A stretch of 64,000 nt of DNA from positions 9,362,001 to 9,426,000 of the forward strand of contig OZ059897.1 in the NCBI GenBank assembly GCA_964057225.1, written 5' to 3'. A program made the translations under genes and the position numbers. Every line of letters begins with the position of its first letter. Positions within the stretch are counted from its first letter, which is position 1. Shown piece after piece: positions 15,226 to 30,519 of this stretch. The DNA is from Auanema rhodensis (lineage: Eukaryota; Animalia; Nematoda). The notes under the pieces were generated by a model, which saw only the letters and a program-made list of their open reading frames with translations, searched no databases and was not told where the DNA came from.

Positions 15226-15275
15226 GCCCGGTTAGCTCAGTCGGTAGAGCACCAGACTCTTAATCTGGCTGTCGC
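15226..15275 (+). pseudogene. 3'-truncated tRNA-Lys
   Basis: Same junction as 13072-13121. Confidence 0.93.
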
Positions 15276-18200
15276 CTGATTTCATCTGCATAAAGATCCA
15301 GTAGAAAATTACCTTTTGCTCTGAACATCTAAATGATTCAATACAATATCAGAAATCACTGCCCGGTTAGCTCAGTCGGTAGAGCACCAGACTCTTAAAC
15401 TGGCTGTCGCGGGTTCGAGCCCCGCATCGGGCTTTAAGTTTTACCTTTTATTTGAAATTATAACGTTTATTTTGAAAATTCATTTCTAACCTCTTTCTGA
15501 TCAGATAGAATTCTGTAGATGTAACATTGTTTCAGTTCTTAGAACTCTGTTTAAGTGTTTTCAAACTTTGTATAGATAACAAGAAAAATAAAATGATAGA
15601 GATAGAACACTTCTAAGTTCTTGATCCAAGGTTTTTCTGACGAACTGATCCATTAGAACCAAAGATAACAAGAATTATTCTGATTTCACCTGCATAAAGA
15701 TCCAGTAGAAAATTACGTTATGCTCTGAACATCTAAATGATTCAATACAATATTAGAAATCACAGCCCGGTTAGCTCAGTCGGTAGAGCACCAGACTCTT
15801 AATCTGGCTGTCGCGGGTTCGAGCCCCGCATCGGGCTTTAAGTTTTACCTTTTATTTGAAATTTGAAAGTTTATTTTGAAAATTCATTTCTAACCTCTTT
15901 CTGATCAGATAGAATTCTGTGGATGTAACATTGCTTCTGCCCTTTGAACTTTGTTTAAGTGTTTTCAAACTCTGTTTAGATAACAAGAAAAATGAAATGA
16001 TAGAGATAGAACACTTCTAAGATCTCGATCCAAAATATTCCCGACGGACTGCGCCATTAGAACCAAAGATTACAAGAATTATTCTGATTTCACCTGCATA
16101 AAGATCCAGTAGAAAATTACGTTATGCTCTGAACATCTAAATGATTCAATACATGATTAGAAATCACAGCCCGGTTAGCTCAGTCGGTAGAGCACCAGAC
16201 TCTTAATCTGGCTGTCGCGGGTTCGAGCCCCGCATCGGGCTTTAAGTTTTACCTTTTATTTGAAATTTGAAAGTTTATTTTGAAAATTCATTTCTAACCT
16301 CTTTCTGATCAGATAGAATTCTGTGGATGTAACATTGCTTCTGCCCTTTGAACTTTGTTTAAGTGTTTTCAAACTCTGTTTAGATAACAAGAAAAATGAA
16401 ATGATAGAGAACAAGAATTATTCTGATTTCACCTGCATAAAGATCCAGTAGAAAATTACGTTATGCTCTGAACATCTAAATGATTCAATACATGATTAGA
16501 AATCACAGCCCGGTTAGCTCAGTCGGTAGAGCACCAGACTCTTAATCTGGCTGTCGCGGGTTCGAGCCCCGCATCGGGCTTTAAGTTTTACCTTTTATTT
16601 GAAATTTGAAAGTTTATTTTGAAAATTCATTTCTAACCTCTTTCTGATCAGATAGAATTCTGTGGATGTAACATTGCTTCTGCCCTTTGAACTTTGTTTA
16701 AGTGTTTTCAAACTCTGTTTAGATAACAAGAAAAATGAAATGATAGAGATAGAACACTTCTAAGATCTCGATCCAAAATATTCCCGACGGACTGCGCCAT
16801 TAGAACCAAAGATTACAAGAATTATTCTGATTTCACCTGCATGAAGATCCAGTAGAAAATTACGTTATGCTCTGAACATCTAAATGATTCAATACAATAT
16901 TAGAAAACACAGCCCGGTTAGCTCAGTCGGTAGAGCACCAGACTCTTAATCTGGCTGTCGCGGGTTCGAGCCCCGCATCGGGCTTTAAGTTTTACCTTTT
17001 ATTTGAAATTTGAAAGTTTATTTTAAAATTCATTTCTAACCTCTTTCTGATCAGATAGAATTCTTAAGATGTAACATTGTTTCAGTTCTTAGAACTTTGT
17101 TTAAGTGTTTTCAAACTTTGTATAGATACCAAGAAAAATGAAATGATAGAGATAGAACACTTCTAAGATCTCGATCCAAAATATTCCCGACGGACTGAGC
17201 CATTAGAACCAAAGATTACAAGAATTATTCTGATTTCACCTGCATAAAGATCCAGTAGAAAATTACGTTATGCTCTGAACATCTAAATGATTCAATACAA
17301 TATTAGAAATCACAGCCCGGTTAGCTCAGTCGGTAGAGCACCAGACTCTTAATCTGGCTGTCGCGGGTTCGAGCCCCGCATCGGGCTTTGAGTTTTACCT
17401 TTTATTTGAAATTATAACGTTTATTTTGAAAATTCATTTCTAACCTCTTTCTGATCAGATAGAATTCTGTGGATGTAACATTGTTTCAGTTCTTAGAACT
17501 TTGTTTAAGTGTTTTCAAACTTTGTATAGATAACAAGAAAAATAAAATGATAGAGATAGAACACTTCTAAGTTCTTGATCCAAGGTTTTTCTGACGAACT
17601 GATCCATTAGAACCAAAGATAACAAGAATTATTCTGATTTCACCTGCATAAAGATCCAGTAGAAAATTACGAAAAATTTATTTGAAATTTGAAAGTTTAT
17701 TTTGAAAATTCATTTCTAACCTCTTTCTGATCAGATAGAATTCTGTGGATGTAACATTGCTTCTGCCCTTTGAACTTTGTTTAAGTGTTTTCAAACTCTG
17801 TTTAGATAACAAGAAAAATGAAATGATAGAGAACAAGAATTATTCTGATTTCACCTGCATAAAGATCCAGTAGAAAATTACGTTATGCTCTGAACATCTA
17901 AATGATTCAATACATGATTAGAAATCACAGCCCGGTTAGCTCAGTCGGTAGAGCACCAGACTCTTAATCTGGCTGTCGCGGGTTCGAGCCCCGCATCGGG
18001 CTTTAAGTTTTACCTTTTATTTGAAATTTGAAAGTTTATTTTGAAAATTCATTTCTAACCTCTTTCTGATCAGATAGAATTCTGTGGATGTAACATTGCT
18101 TCTGCCCTTTGAACTTTGTTTAAGTGTTTTCAAACTCTGTTTAGATAACAAGAAAAATGAAATGATAGAGATAGAACACTTCTAAGATCTCGATCCAAAA

Positions 18201-18736
18201 TATTCCCGACGGACTGCGCCATTAGAACCAAAGATTACAAGAATTATTCTGATTTCACCTGCATGAAGATCCAGTAGAAAATTACGTTATGCTCTGAACA
18301 TCTAAATGATTCAATACAATATTAGAAAACACAGCCCGGTTAGCTCAGTCGGTAGAGCACCAGACTCTTAATCTGGCTGTCGCGGGTTCGAGCCCCGCAT
18401 CGGGCTTTAAGTTTTACCTTTTATTTGAAATTTGAAAGTTTATTTTAAAATTCATTTCTAACCTCTTTCTGATCAGATAGAATTCTTAAGATGTAACATT
18501 GTTTCAGTTCTTAGAACTTTGTTTAAGTGTTTTCAAACTTTGTATAGATACCAAGAAAAATGAAATGATAGAGATAGAACACTTCTAAGATCTCGATCCA
18601 AAATATTCCCGACGGACTGAGCCATTAGAACCAAAGATTACAAGAATTATTCTGATTTCACCTGCATAAAGATCCAGTAGAAAATTACGTTATGCTCTGA
18701 ACATCTAAATGATTCAATACATGATTAGAAATCGCA

Positions 18737-18786
18737 GCCCGGTTAGCTCAGTCGGTAGAGCACCAGACTCTTAATCTGGCTGTCGC
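18737..18786 (+). pseudogene. 3'-truncated tRNA-Lys
   Basis: Same junction. Confidence 0.93.
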
Positions 18787-21700
18787 CTGATTTCATCTGC
18801 ATAAAGATCCAGTAGAAAATTACCTTTTGCTCTGAACATCTAAATGATTCAATACAATATCAGAAATCACTGCCCGGTTAGCTCAGTCGGTAGAGCACCA
18901 GACTCTTAAACTGGCTGTCGCGGGTTCGAGCCCCGCATCGGGCTTTAAGTTTTACCTTTTATTTGAAATTATAACGTTTATTTTGAAAATTCATTTCTAA
19001 CCTCTTTCTGATCAGATAGAATTCTGTGGATGTAACATTGTTTCAGTTCTTAGAACTTTGTTTAAGTGTTTTCAAACTTTGTATAGATAACAAGAAAAAT
19101 AAAATGATAGAGATAGAACACTTCTAAGTTCTTGATCCAAGGTTTTTCTGACGAACTGATCCATTAGAACCAAAGATAACAAGAATTATTCTGATTTCAC
19201 CTGCATAAAGATCCAGTAGAAAATTACGAAAAATTTATTTGAAATTTGAAAGTTTATTTTGAAAATTCATTTCTAACCTCTTTCTGATCAGATAGAATTC
19301 TGTGGATGTAACATTGCTTCTGCCCTTTGAACTTTGTTTAAGTGTTTTCAAACTCTGTTTAGATAACAAGAAAAATGAAATGATAGAGAACAAGAATTAT
19401 TCTGATTTCACCTGCATAAAGATCCAGTAGAAAATTACGTTATGCTCTGAACATCTAAATGATTCAATACATGATTAGAAATCACAGCCCGGTTAGCTCA
19501 GTCGGTAGAGCACCAGACTCTTAATCTGGCTGTCGCGGGTTCGAGCCCCGCATCGGTCTTTAAGTTTTACCTTTTATTTGAAATTTGAAAGTTTATTTTG
19601 AAAATTCATTTCTAACCTCTTTCTGATCAGATAGAATTCTGTGGATGTAACATTGCTTCTGCCCTTTGAACTTTGTTTAAGTGTTTTCAAACTCTGTTTA
19701 GATAACAAGAAAAATGAAATGATAGAGATAGAACACTTCTAAGATCTCGATCCAAAATATTCCCGACGGACTGCGCCATTAGAACCAAAGATTACAAGAA
19801 TTATTCTGATTTCACCTGCATGAAGATCCAGTAGAAAATTACGTTATGCTCTGAACATCTAAATGATTCAATACAATATTAGAAAACACAGCCCGGTTAG
19901 CTCAGTCGGTAGAGCACCAGACTCTTAATCTGGCTGTCGCGGGTTCGAGCCCCGCATCGGGCTTTAAGTTTTACCTTTTATTTGAAATTTGAAAGTTTAT
20001 TTTAAAATTCATTTCTAACCTCTTTCTGATCAGATAGAATTCTTAAGATGTAACATTGTTTCAGTTCTTAGAACTTTGTTTAAGTGTTTTCAAACTTTGT
20101 ATAGATACCAAGAAAAATGAAATGATAGAGATAGAACACTTCTAAGATCTCGATCCAAAATATTCCCGACGGACTGAGCCATTAGAACCAAAGATTACAA
20201 GAATTATTCTGATTTCACCTGCATAAAGATCCAGTAGAAAATTACGTTATGCTCTGAACATCTAAATGATTCAATACATGATTAGAAATCGCAGCCCGGT
20301 TAGCTCAGTCGGTAGAGCACCAGACTCTTAATCTGGCTGTCGCGGGTTCGAGCCCCGCATCGGGCTTTAAGTTTTACCTTTTATTTGAAATTTGAAAGTT
20401 TATTTTAAAATTCATTTCTAACCTCTTTCTGATCAGATAGAATTCTGTAGATGTAACATTGTTTCAGTTCTTAGAACTCTGTTTAAGTGTTTTCAAACTT
20501 TGTATAGACACCAAGAAAAATGAAATGAGAGAGATAGAACACTTCTAAGATCTTGATCTAAGGTTTTTCTGACAGACTGATCCATTAGAACCAAAGATTA
20601 CAAGAATTATTCTGATTTCACCTGCATAAAGATCCAGTAGAAAATTACCTTTTGCTCTGAACATCTAAATGATTCAATACAATATCAGAAATCACTGCCC
20701 GGTTAGCTCAGTCGGTAGAGCACCAGACTCTTAATCTGGCTGTCGCGGGTTCGAGCCCCGCATCGGGCTTTAAGTTTTACCTTTTATTTGAAATTATAAC
20801 GTTTATTTTGAAAATTCATTTCTAACCTCTTTCTGATCAGATAGAATTCTGTGGATGTAACATTGTTTCAGTTCTTAGAACTTTGTTTAAGTGTTTTCAA
20901 ACTTTGTATAGATAACAAGAAAAATAAAATGATAGAGATAGAACACTTCTAAGTTCTTGATCTAAAATTTTTCTGACGGACTGATCCATTAGAACCAAAG
21001 ATAACAAGAATTATTCTGATTTCACCTGCATAAAGATCCAGTAGAAAATTACGTTATGCTCTGAACATCTAAATGATTCAATACAATATTAGAAATCACA
21101 GCCCGGTTAGCTCAGTCGGTAGAGCACCAGACTCTTAATCTGGCTGTCGCGGGTTCGAGCCCCGCATCGGGCTTTAAGTTTTACCTTTTATTTGAAATTT
21201 GAAAGTTTATTTTGAAAATTCATTTCTAACCTCTTTCTGATCAGATAGAATTCTGTGGATGTAACATTGCTTCTGCCCTTTGAACTTTGTTTAAGTGTTT
21301 TCAAACTCTGTTTAGATAACAAGAAAAATGAAATGATAGAGATAGAACACTTCTAAGATCTCGATCCAAAATATTCCCGACGGACTGCGCCATTAGAACC
21401 AAAGATTACAAGAATTATTCTGATTTCACCTGCATAAAGATCCAGTAGAAAATTACCTTTTGCTCTGAACATCTAAATGATTCAATAGAATATCAGAAAT
21501 CATAGCCCGGTTAGCTCAGTCGGTAGAGCACCAGACTCTTAATCTGGCTGTCGCGGGTTCGAGCCCCGCATCGGGCTTTAAGTTTTACCTTTTATTTGAA
21601 ATTTGAAAGTTTATTTTGAAAATTCATTTCTAACCTCTTTCTGATCAGATAGAATTCTGTAGATGTAACATTGTTTCAGTTCTTAGAACTCTGTTTAAGT

Positions 21701-24700
21701 GTTTTCAAACTTTGTATAGATAACAAGAAAAATAAAATGATAGAGATAGAACACTTCTAAGATCTTGATCTAAAATTTTTCTGACGGACTGATCCATTAG
21801 AACCAAAGATAACAAGAATTATTCTGATTTCACCTGCATAAAGATCCAGTAGAAAATTACGTTATGCTCTGAACATCTAAATGATTCAATACAATATTAG
21901 AAATCACAGCCCGGTTAGCTCAGTCGGTAGAGCACCAGACTCTTAATCTGGCTGTCGCGGGTTCGAGCCCCGCATCGGGCTTTAAGTTTTACCTTTTTTT
22001 TGAAATTATAACGTTTATTTTGAAATTTCATTTCTAACCTCTTTCTGATCAGATAGAATTCTGTGGATGTAACATTGTTTCAGTTCTTAGAACTTTGTTT
22101 AAGTGTTTTCAAACTTTGTATAGATAACAAGAAAAATAAAATGATAGAGATAGAACACTTCTAAGATCTTGATCCAAGGTTTTTCTGACGGACTGATCCA
22201 TTAGAACCAAAGATTACAAGAATTATTCTGATTTCACCTGCATAAAGATCCAGTAGAAAATTACGTTATGCTCTGAACATCTAAATGATTCAATACAATA
22301 TTAGAAATCACAGCCCGGTTAGCTCAGTCGGTAGAGCACCAGACTCTTAATCTGGCTGTCGCGGGTTCGAGCCCCGCATCGGGCTTTACGTTTTACCTTT
22401 TATTTGAAATTTGAAAGTTTATTTTGAAAATTCATTTCTAACCTCTTTCTGATCAGATAGAATTCTGTGGATGTAACATTGCTTCTGCCCTTTGAACTTT
22501 GTTTAAGTGTTTTCAAACTCTGTTTAGATAACAAGAAAATGAAATGATAGAGATAGAACACTTCTAAGATCTCGATCCAAGGTTTTTCTGACAGACTGAT
22601 CCATTAGAACCAAAGATTACAAGAATTATTCTGATTTCACCTGCATGAAGATCCAGTAGAAAATTACCTTTTGCTCTGAACATCTAAATGATTCAATACA
22701 ATATCAGAAATCACAGCCCGGTTAGCTCAGTCGGTAGAGCACCAGACTCTTAATCTGGCTGTCGCGGGTTCGAGCCCCGCATCGGGCTTTAAGTTTTACC
22801 TTTCATTTGAAATTATAACGTTTATTTTGAAAATTTATTCCTAACCTTTTTCTGATCAGATAGAATTCTGTAGATGTAACATTGTTTCAGTTCTTAGAAC
22901 TCTGTTTAAGTGTTTTCAAACTTTGTATAGATACCAAGAAAAATGAAATGATAGAGATAGAACACTTCTAAGATCTTGATCCAAGGTTTTTCTGACGGAC
23001 TGATCCATTAGAACCAAAGATTACAAGAATTATTCTGATTTCACCTGCATAAAGATCCAGTAGAAAATTACCTTTTGCTCTGAACATCTAAATGATTCAA
23101 TAGAATATCAGAAATCATAGCCCGGTTAGCTCAGTCGGTAGAGCACCAGACTCTTAATCTGGCTGTCGCGGGTTCGAGCCCCGCATCGGGCTTTAAGTTT
23201 TACCTTTTATTTGAAATTTGAAAGTTTATTTTGAAAATTCATTTTAACCTCTTTCTGATCAGATAGAATTCTGTAGATATAACATTGTTTCAGTTCTTAG
23301 AACTCTGTTTAAGTGTTTTCAAACTTTGTATAGATAACAAGAAAAATAAAATGATAGAGATAGAACACTTCTAAGATCTTGATCTAAAATTTTTCTGACG
23401 GACTGATCCATTAGAACCAAAGATAACAAGAATTATTCTGATTTCACCCGCATAAAGATCCAGTAGAAAATTACGTTATGCTCTGAACATCTAAATGATT
23501 CAATACATGATTAGAAATCACAGCCCGGTTAGCTCAGTCGGTAGAGCACCAGACTCTTAATCTGGCTGTCGCGTGTTCGAGCCCCGCATCGGGCTTTAAG
23601 TTTTACCTTTTATTTGAAATTTGAAAGTTTATTTTGAAAATTCATTTCTAACCTCTTTCTGATCAGATAGAATTCTGTGGATGTAACATTGTTTCAGTTC
23701 TTAGAACTTTGTTTAAGTGTTTTCAAACTTTGTATAGATAACAAGAAAAATAAAATGATAGAGATAGAACACTTCTAAGATCTTGATCCAAGGTTTTTCT
23801 GACGGACTGATCCATTAGAACCAAAGATTACAAGAATTATTCTGATTTCACCTGCATAAAGATCCAGTAGAAAATTACGTTATGCTCTGAACATCTAAAT
23901 GATTCAATACAATATTAGAAATCACAGCCCGGTTAGCTCAGTCGGTAGAGCACCAGACTCTTAATCTGGCTGTCGCGGGTTCGAGCCCCGCATCGGGCTT
24001 TAAGTTTTACCTTTTATTTGAAATTTGAAAGTTTATTTTGAAAATTCATTTCTAACCTCTTTCTGATCAGATAGAATTCTGTGGATGTAACATTGCTTCT
24101 GCCCTTTGAACTTTGTTTAAGTGTTTTCAAACTCTGTTTAGATAACAAGAAAATGAAATGATAGAGATAGAACACTTCTAAGATCTCGATCCAAGGTTTT
24201 TCTGACAGACTGATCCATTAGAACCAAAGATTACAAGAATTATTCTGATTTCACCTGCATGAAGATCCAGTAGAAAATTACCTTTTGCTCTGAACATCTA
24301 AATGATTCAATACAATATCAGAAATCACAGCCCGGTTAGCTCAGTCGGTAGAGCACCAGACTCTTAATCTGGCTGTCGCGGGTTCGAGCCCCGCATCGGG
24401 CTTTAAGTTTTACCTTTCATTTGAAATTATAACGTTTATTTTGAAAATTTATTCCTAACCTTTTTCTGATCAGATAGAATTCTGTAGATATAACATTGTT
24501 TCAGTTCTTAGAACTCTGTTTAAGTGTTTTCAAACTTTGTATAGATAACAAGAAAAATGAAATGATAGAGATAGAACACTTCTAAGATCTTGATCCAAGG
24601 TTTTTCTGACGGACTGATCCATTAGAACCAAAGATTACAAGAATTATTCTGATTTCACCTGCATAAAGATCCAGTAGAAAATTACCTTTTGCTCTGAACA

Positions 24701-27700
24701 TCTAAATGATTCAATAGAATATCAGAAATCATAGCCCGGTTAGCTCAGTCGGTAGAGCACCAGACTCTTAATCTGGCTGTCGCGGGTTCGAGCCCCGCAT
24801 CGGGCTTTAAGTTTTACCTTTTATTTGAAATTTGAAAGTTTATTTTGAAAATTCATTTTAACCTCTTTCTGATCAGATAGAATTCTGTAGATATAACATT
24901 GTTTCAGTTCTTAGAACTCTGTTTAAGTGTTTTCAAACTTTGTATAGATAACAAGAAAAATAAAATGATAGAGATAGAACACTTCTAAGATCTTGATCTA
25001 AAATTTTTCTGACGGACTGATCCATTAGAACCAAAGATAACAAGAATTATTCTGATTTCACCCGCATAAAGATCCAGTAGAAAATTACGTTATGCTCTGA
25101 ACATCTAAATGATTCAATACATGATTAGAAATCACAGCCCGGTTAGCTCAGTCGGTAGAGCACCAGACTCTTAATCTGGCTGTCGCGTGTTCGAGCCCCG
25201 CATCGGGCTTTAAGTTTTACCTTTTATTTGAAATTTGAAAGTTTATTTTGAAAATTCATTTCTAACCTCTTTCTGATCAGATAGAATTCTGTGGATGTAA
25301 CATTGCTTCTGCCCTTTGAACTTTGTTTAAGTGTTTTCAAACTTTGTTTAGATAACAAGAAAAATGAAATGATAGAGATAGAACACTTCTAAGATCTCGA
25401 TCCAAAATATTCCCGACGGACTGAGCCATTAGAACCAAAGATTACAAGAATTATTCTGATTTCACCTGCATAAAGATCCAGTAGAAAATTAAGTTATGCT
25501 CTGAACATCTAAATGATTCAATACATGATTAGAAATCACAGCCCGGTTAGCTCAGTCGGTAGAGCACCAGACTCTTAATCTGGCTGTCGCGGGTTCGAGC
25601 CCCGCATCGGGCTTTAAGTTTTACCTTTTTTTTGAAATTTGAAAGTTTATTTTGAAAATTCATTTCTAACCTCTTTCTGATCAGATAGAATTCTGTAGAT
25701 GTAACATTGTTTCAGTTCTTAGAACTCTGTTTAAGTGTTTTCAAACTTTGTATAGATAACAAGAAAAATAAAATGATAGAGATAGAACACTTCTAAGATC
25801 TTGATCTAAAATTTTTCTGACGGACTGATCCATTAGAACCAAAGATAACAAGAATTATTCTGATTTCACCTGCATAAAGATCCAGTAGAAAATTACGTTA
25901 TGCTCTGAACATCTAAATGATTTAATACAATATTAGAAATCACAGCCCGGTTAGCTCAGTCGGTAGAGCACCAGACTCTTAATCTGGCTGTCGCGGGTTC
26001 GAGCCCCGCATCGGGCTTTAAGTTTTACCTTTTTTTTGAAATTATAACGTTTATTTTGAAATTTCATTTCTAACCTCTTTCTGATCAGATAGAATTCTGT
26101 GGATGTAACATTGTTTCAGTTCTTAGAACTTTGTTTAAGTGTTTTCAAACTTTGTATAGATAACAAGAAAAATAAAATGATAGAGATAGAACACTTCTAA
26201 GATCTTGATCCAAGGTTTTTCTGACGGACTGATCCATTAGAACCAAAGATTACAAGAATTATTCTGATTTCACCTGCATAAAGATCCAGTAGAAAATTAC
26301 GTTATGCTCTGAACATCTAAATGATTCAATACAATATTAGAAATCACAGCCCGGTTAGCTCAGTCGGTAGAGCACCAGACTCTTAATCTGGCTGTCGCGG
26401 GTTCGAGCCCCGCATCGGGCTTTAAGTTTTACCTTTTATTTGAAATTTGAAAGTTTATTTTGAAAATTCATTTCTAACCTCTTTCTGATCAGATAGAATT
26501 CTGTGGATGTAACATTGCTTCTGCCCTTTGAACTTTGTTTAAGTGTTTTCAAACTCTGTTTAGATAACAAGAAAATGAAATGATAGAGATAGAACACTTC
26601 TAAGATCTCGATCCAAGGTTTTTCTGACAGACTGATCCATTAGAACCAAAGATTACAAGAATTATTCTGATTTCACCTGCATGAAGATCCAGTAGAAAAT
26701 TACCTTTTGCTCTGAACATCTAAATGATTCAATACAATATCAGAAATCACAGCCCGGTTAGCTCAGTCGGTAGAGCACCAGACTCTTAATCTGGCTGTCG
26801 CGGGTTCGAGCCCCGCATCGGGCTTTAAGTTTTACCTTTCATTTGAAATTATAACGTTTATTTTGAAAATTTATTCCTAACCTTTTTCTGATCAGATAGA
26901 ATTCTGTAGATGTAACATTGTTTCAGTTCTTAGAACTCTGTTTAAGTGTTTTCAAACTTTGTATAGATACCAAGAAAAATGAAATGATAGAGATAGAACA
27001 CTTCTAAGATCTTGATCCAAGGTTTTTCTGACGGACTGATCCATTAGAACCAAAGATTACAAGAATTATTCTGATTTCACCTGCATAAAGATCCAGTAGA
27101 AAATTACCTTTTGCTCTGAACATCTAAATGATTCAATAGAATATCAGAAATCATAGCCCGGTTAGCTCAGTCGGTAGAGCACCAGACTCTTAATCTGGCT
27201 GTCGCGGGTTCGAGCCCCGCATCGGGCTTTAAGTTTTACCTTTTATTTGAAATTTGAAAGTTTATTTTGAAAATTCATTTTAACCTCTTTCTGATCAGAT
27301 AGAATTCTGTAGATATAACATTGTTTCAGTTCTTAGAACTCTGTTTAAGTGTTTTCAAACTTTGTATAGATAACAAGAAAAATAAAATGATAGAGATAGA
27401 ACACTTCTAAGATCTTGATCTAAAATTTTTCTGACGGACTGATCCATTAGAACCAAAGATAACAAGAATTATTCTGATTTCACCCGCATAAAGATCCAGT
27501 AGAAAATTACGTTATGCTCTGAACATCTAAATGATTCAATACATGATTAGAAATCACAGCCCGGTTAGCTCAGTCGGTAGAGCACCAGACTCTTAATCTG
27601 GCTGTCGCGTGTTCGAGCCCCGCATCGGGCTTTAAGTTTTACCTTTTATTTGAAATTTGAAAGTTTATTTTGAAAATTCATTTCTAACCTCTTTCTGATC

Positions 27701-29980
27701 AGATAGAATTCTGTGGATGTAACATTGTTTCAGTTCTTAGAACTTTGTTTAAGTGTTTTCAAACTTTGTATAGATAACAAGAAAAATAAAATGATAGAGA
27801 TAGAACACTTCTAAGATCTTGATCCAAGGTTTTTCTGACGGACTGATCCATTAGAACCAAAGATTACAAGAATTATTCTGATTTCACCTGCATAAAGATC
27901 CAGTAGAAAATTACGTTATGCTCTGAACATCTAAATGATTCAATACAATATTAGAAATCACAGCCCGGTTAGCTCAGTCGGTAGAGCACCAGACTCTTAA
28001 TCTGGCTGTCGCGGGTTCGAGCCCCGCATCGGGCTTTAAGTTTTACCTTTTATTTGAAATTTGAAAGTTTATTTTGAAAATTCATTTCTAACCTCTTTCT
28101 GATCAGATAGAATTCTGTGGATGTAACATTGCTTCTGCCCTTTGAATTTTGTTTAAGTGTTTTCAAACTCTGTTTAGATAACAAGAAAATGAAATGATAG
28201 AGATAGAACACTTCTAAGATCTCGATCCAAGGTTTTTCTGACAGACTGATCCATTAGAACCAAAGATTACAAGAATTATTCTGATTTCACCTGCATGAAG
28301 ATCCAGTAGAAAATTACCTTTTGCTCTGAACATCTAAATGATTCAATACAATATCAGAAATCACAGCCCGGTTAGCTCAGTCGGTAGAGCACCAGACTCT
28401 TAATCTGGCTGTCGCGGGTTCGAGCCCCGCATCGGGCTTTAAGTTTTACCTTTCATTTGAAATTATAACGTTTATTTTGAAAATTTATTCCTAACCTTTT
28501 TCTGATCAGATAGAATTCTGTAGATGTAACATTGTTTCAGTTCTTAGAACTCTGTTTAAGTGTTTTCAAACTTTGTATAGATACCAAGAAAAATGAAATG
28601 ATAGAGATAGAACACTTCTAAGATCTTGATCCAAGGTTTTTCTGACGGACTGATCCATTAGAACCAAAGATTACAAGAATTATTCTGATTTCACCTGCAT
28701 AAAGATCCAGTAGAAAATTACCTTTTGCTCTGAACATCTAAATGATTCAATAGAATATCAGAAATCATAGCCCGGTTAGCTCAGTCGGTAGAGCACCAGA
28801 CTCTTAATCTGGCTGTCGCGGGTTCGAGCCCCGCATCGGGCTTTAAGTTTTACCTTTTATTTGAAATTTGAAAGTTTATTTTGAAAATTCATTTTAACCT
28901 CTTTCTGATCAGATAGAATTCTGTAGATATAACATTGTTTCAGTTCTTAGAACTCTGTTTAAGTGTTTTCAAACTTTGTATAGATAACAAGAAAAATAAA
29001 ATGATAGAGATAGAACACTTCTAAGATCTTGATCTAAAATTTTTCTGACGGACTGATCCATTAGAACCAAAGATAACAAGAATTATTCTGATTTCACCCG
29101 CATAAAGATCCAGTAGAAAATTACGTTATGCTCTGAACATCTAAATGATTCAATACATGATTAGAAATCACAGCCCGGTTAGCTCAGTCGGTAGAGCACC
29201 AGACTCTTAATCTGGCTGTCGCGTGTTCGAGCCCCGCATCGGGCTTTAAGTTTTACCTTTTATTTGAAATTTGAAAGTTTATTTTGAAAATTCATTTCTA
29301 ACCTCTTTCTGATCAGATAGAATTCTGTGGATGTAACATTGCTTCTGCCCTTTGAACTTTGTTTAAGTGTTTTCAAACTTTGTTTAGATAACAAGAAAAA
29401 TGAAATGATAGAGATAGAACACTTCTAAGATCTCGATCCAAAATATTCCCGACGGACTGAGCCATTAGAACCAAAGATTACAAGAATTATTCTGATTTCA
29501 CCTGCATAAAGATCCAGTAGAAAATTAAGTTATGCTCTGAACATCTAAATGATTCAATACATGATTAGAAATCACAGCCCGGTTAGCTCAGTCGGTAGAG
29601 CACCAGACTCTTAATCTGGCTGTCGCGGGTTCGAGCCCCGCATCGGGCTTTAAGTTTTACCTTTTTTTTGAAATTTGAAAGTTTATTTTGAAAATTCATT
29701 TCTAACCTCTTTCTGATCAGATAGAATTCTGTAGATGTAACATTGTTTCAGTTCTTAGAACTCTGTTTAAGTGTTTTCAAACTTTGTATAGATAACAAGA
29801 AAAATAAAATGATAGAGATAGAACACTTCTAAGATCTTGATCTAAAATTTTTCTGACGGACTGATCCATTAGAACCAAAGATAACAAGAATTATTCTGAT
29901 TTCACCTGCATAAAGATCCAGTAGAAAATTACGTTATGCTCTGAACATCTAAATGATTTAATACAATATTAGAAATCACA

Positions 29981-30030
29981 GCCCGGTTAGCTCAGTCGGT
30001 AGAGCACCAGACTCTTAATCTGGCTGTCGC
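29981..30030 (+). pseudogene. 3'-truncated tRNA-Lys
   Basis: Same junction. Confidence 0.93.
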
Positions 30031-30519
30031 CTGATTTCATCTGCATAAAGATCCAGTAGATAATTACGTTATGCTCTGAACATCTAAATGATTCAATACA
30101 ATATTAGAAATCACAGCCCGGTTAGCTCAGTCGGTAGAGCACCAGACTCTTAATCTGGCTGTCGCGGGTTCGAGCCCCGCATCGGGCTTTAAGTTTTACC
30201 TTTTATTTGCAATTATAACGTTTATTTTGAAAATTTATTCCTAACCTCTTTCTGATCAGATAGAATTCTGTAGATGTAACATTGTTTCAGTTCTTAGAAC
30301 TCTGTTTAAGTGTTTTCAAACTTTGTATAGACACCAAGAAAAATGAAATGATAGAGATAGAACACTTCTAAGATCTTGATCCAAGGTTTTTCTGACAGAC
30401 TGATCCATTAGAACCAAAGATTACAAGAATTATTCTGATTTCACCTGCATGAAGATCCAGTAGAAAATTACCTTTTGCTCTGAACATCTAAATGATTCAA
30501 TACAATATCAGAAATCACT

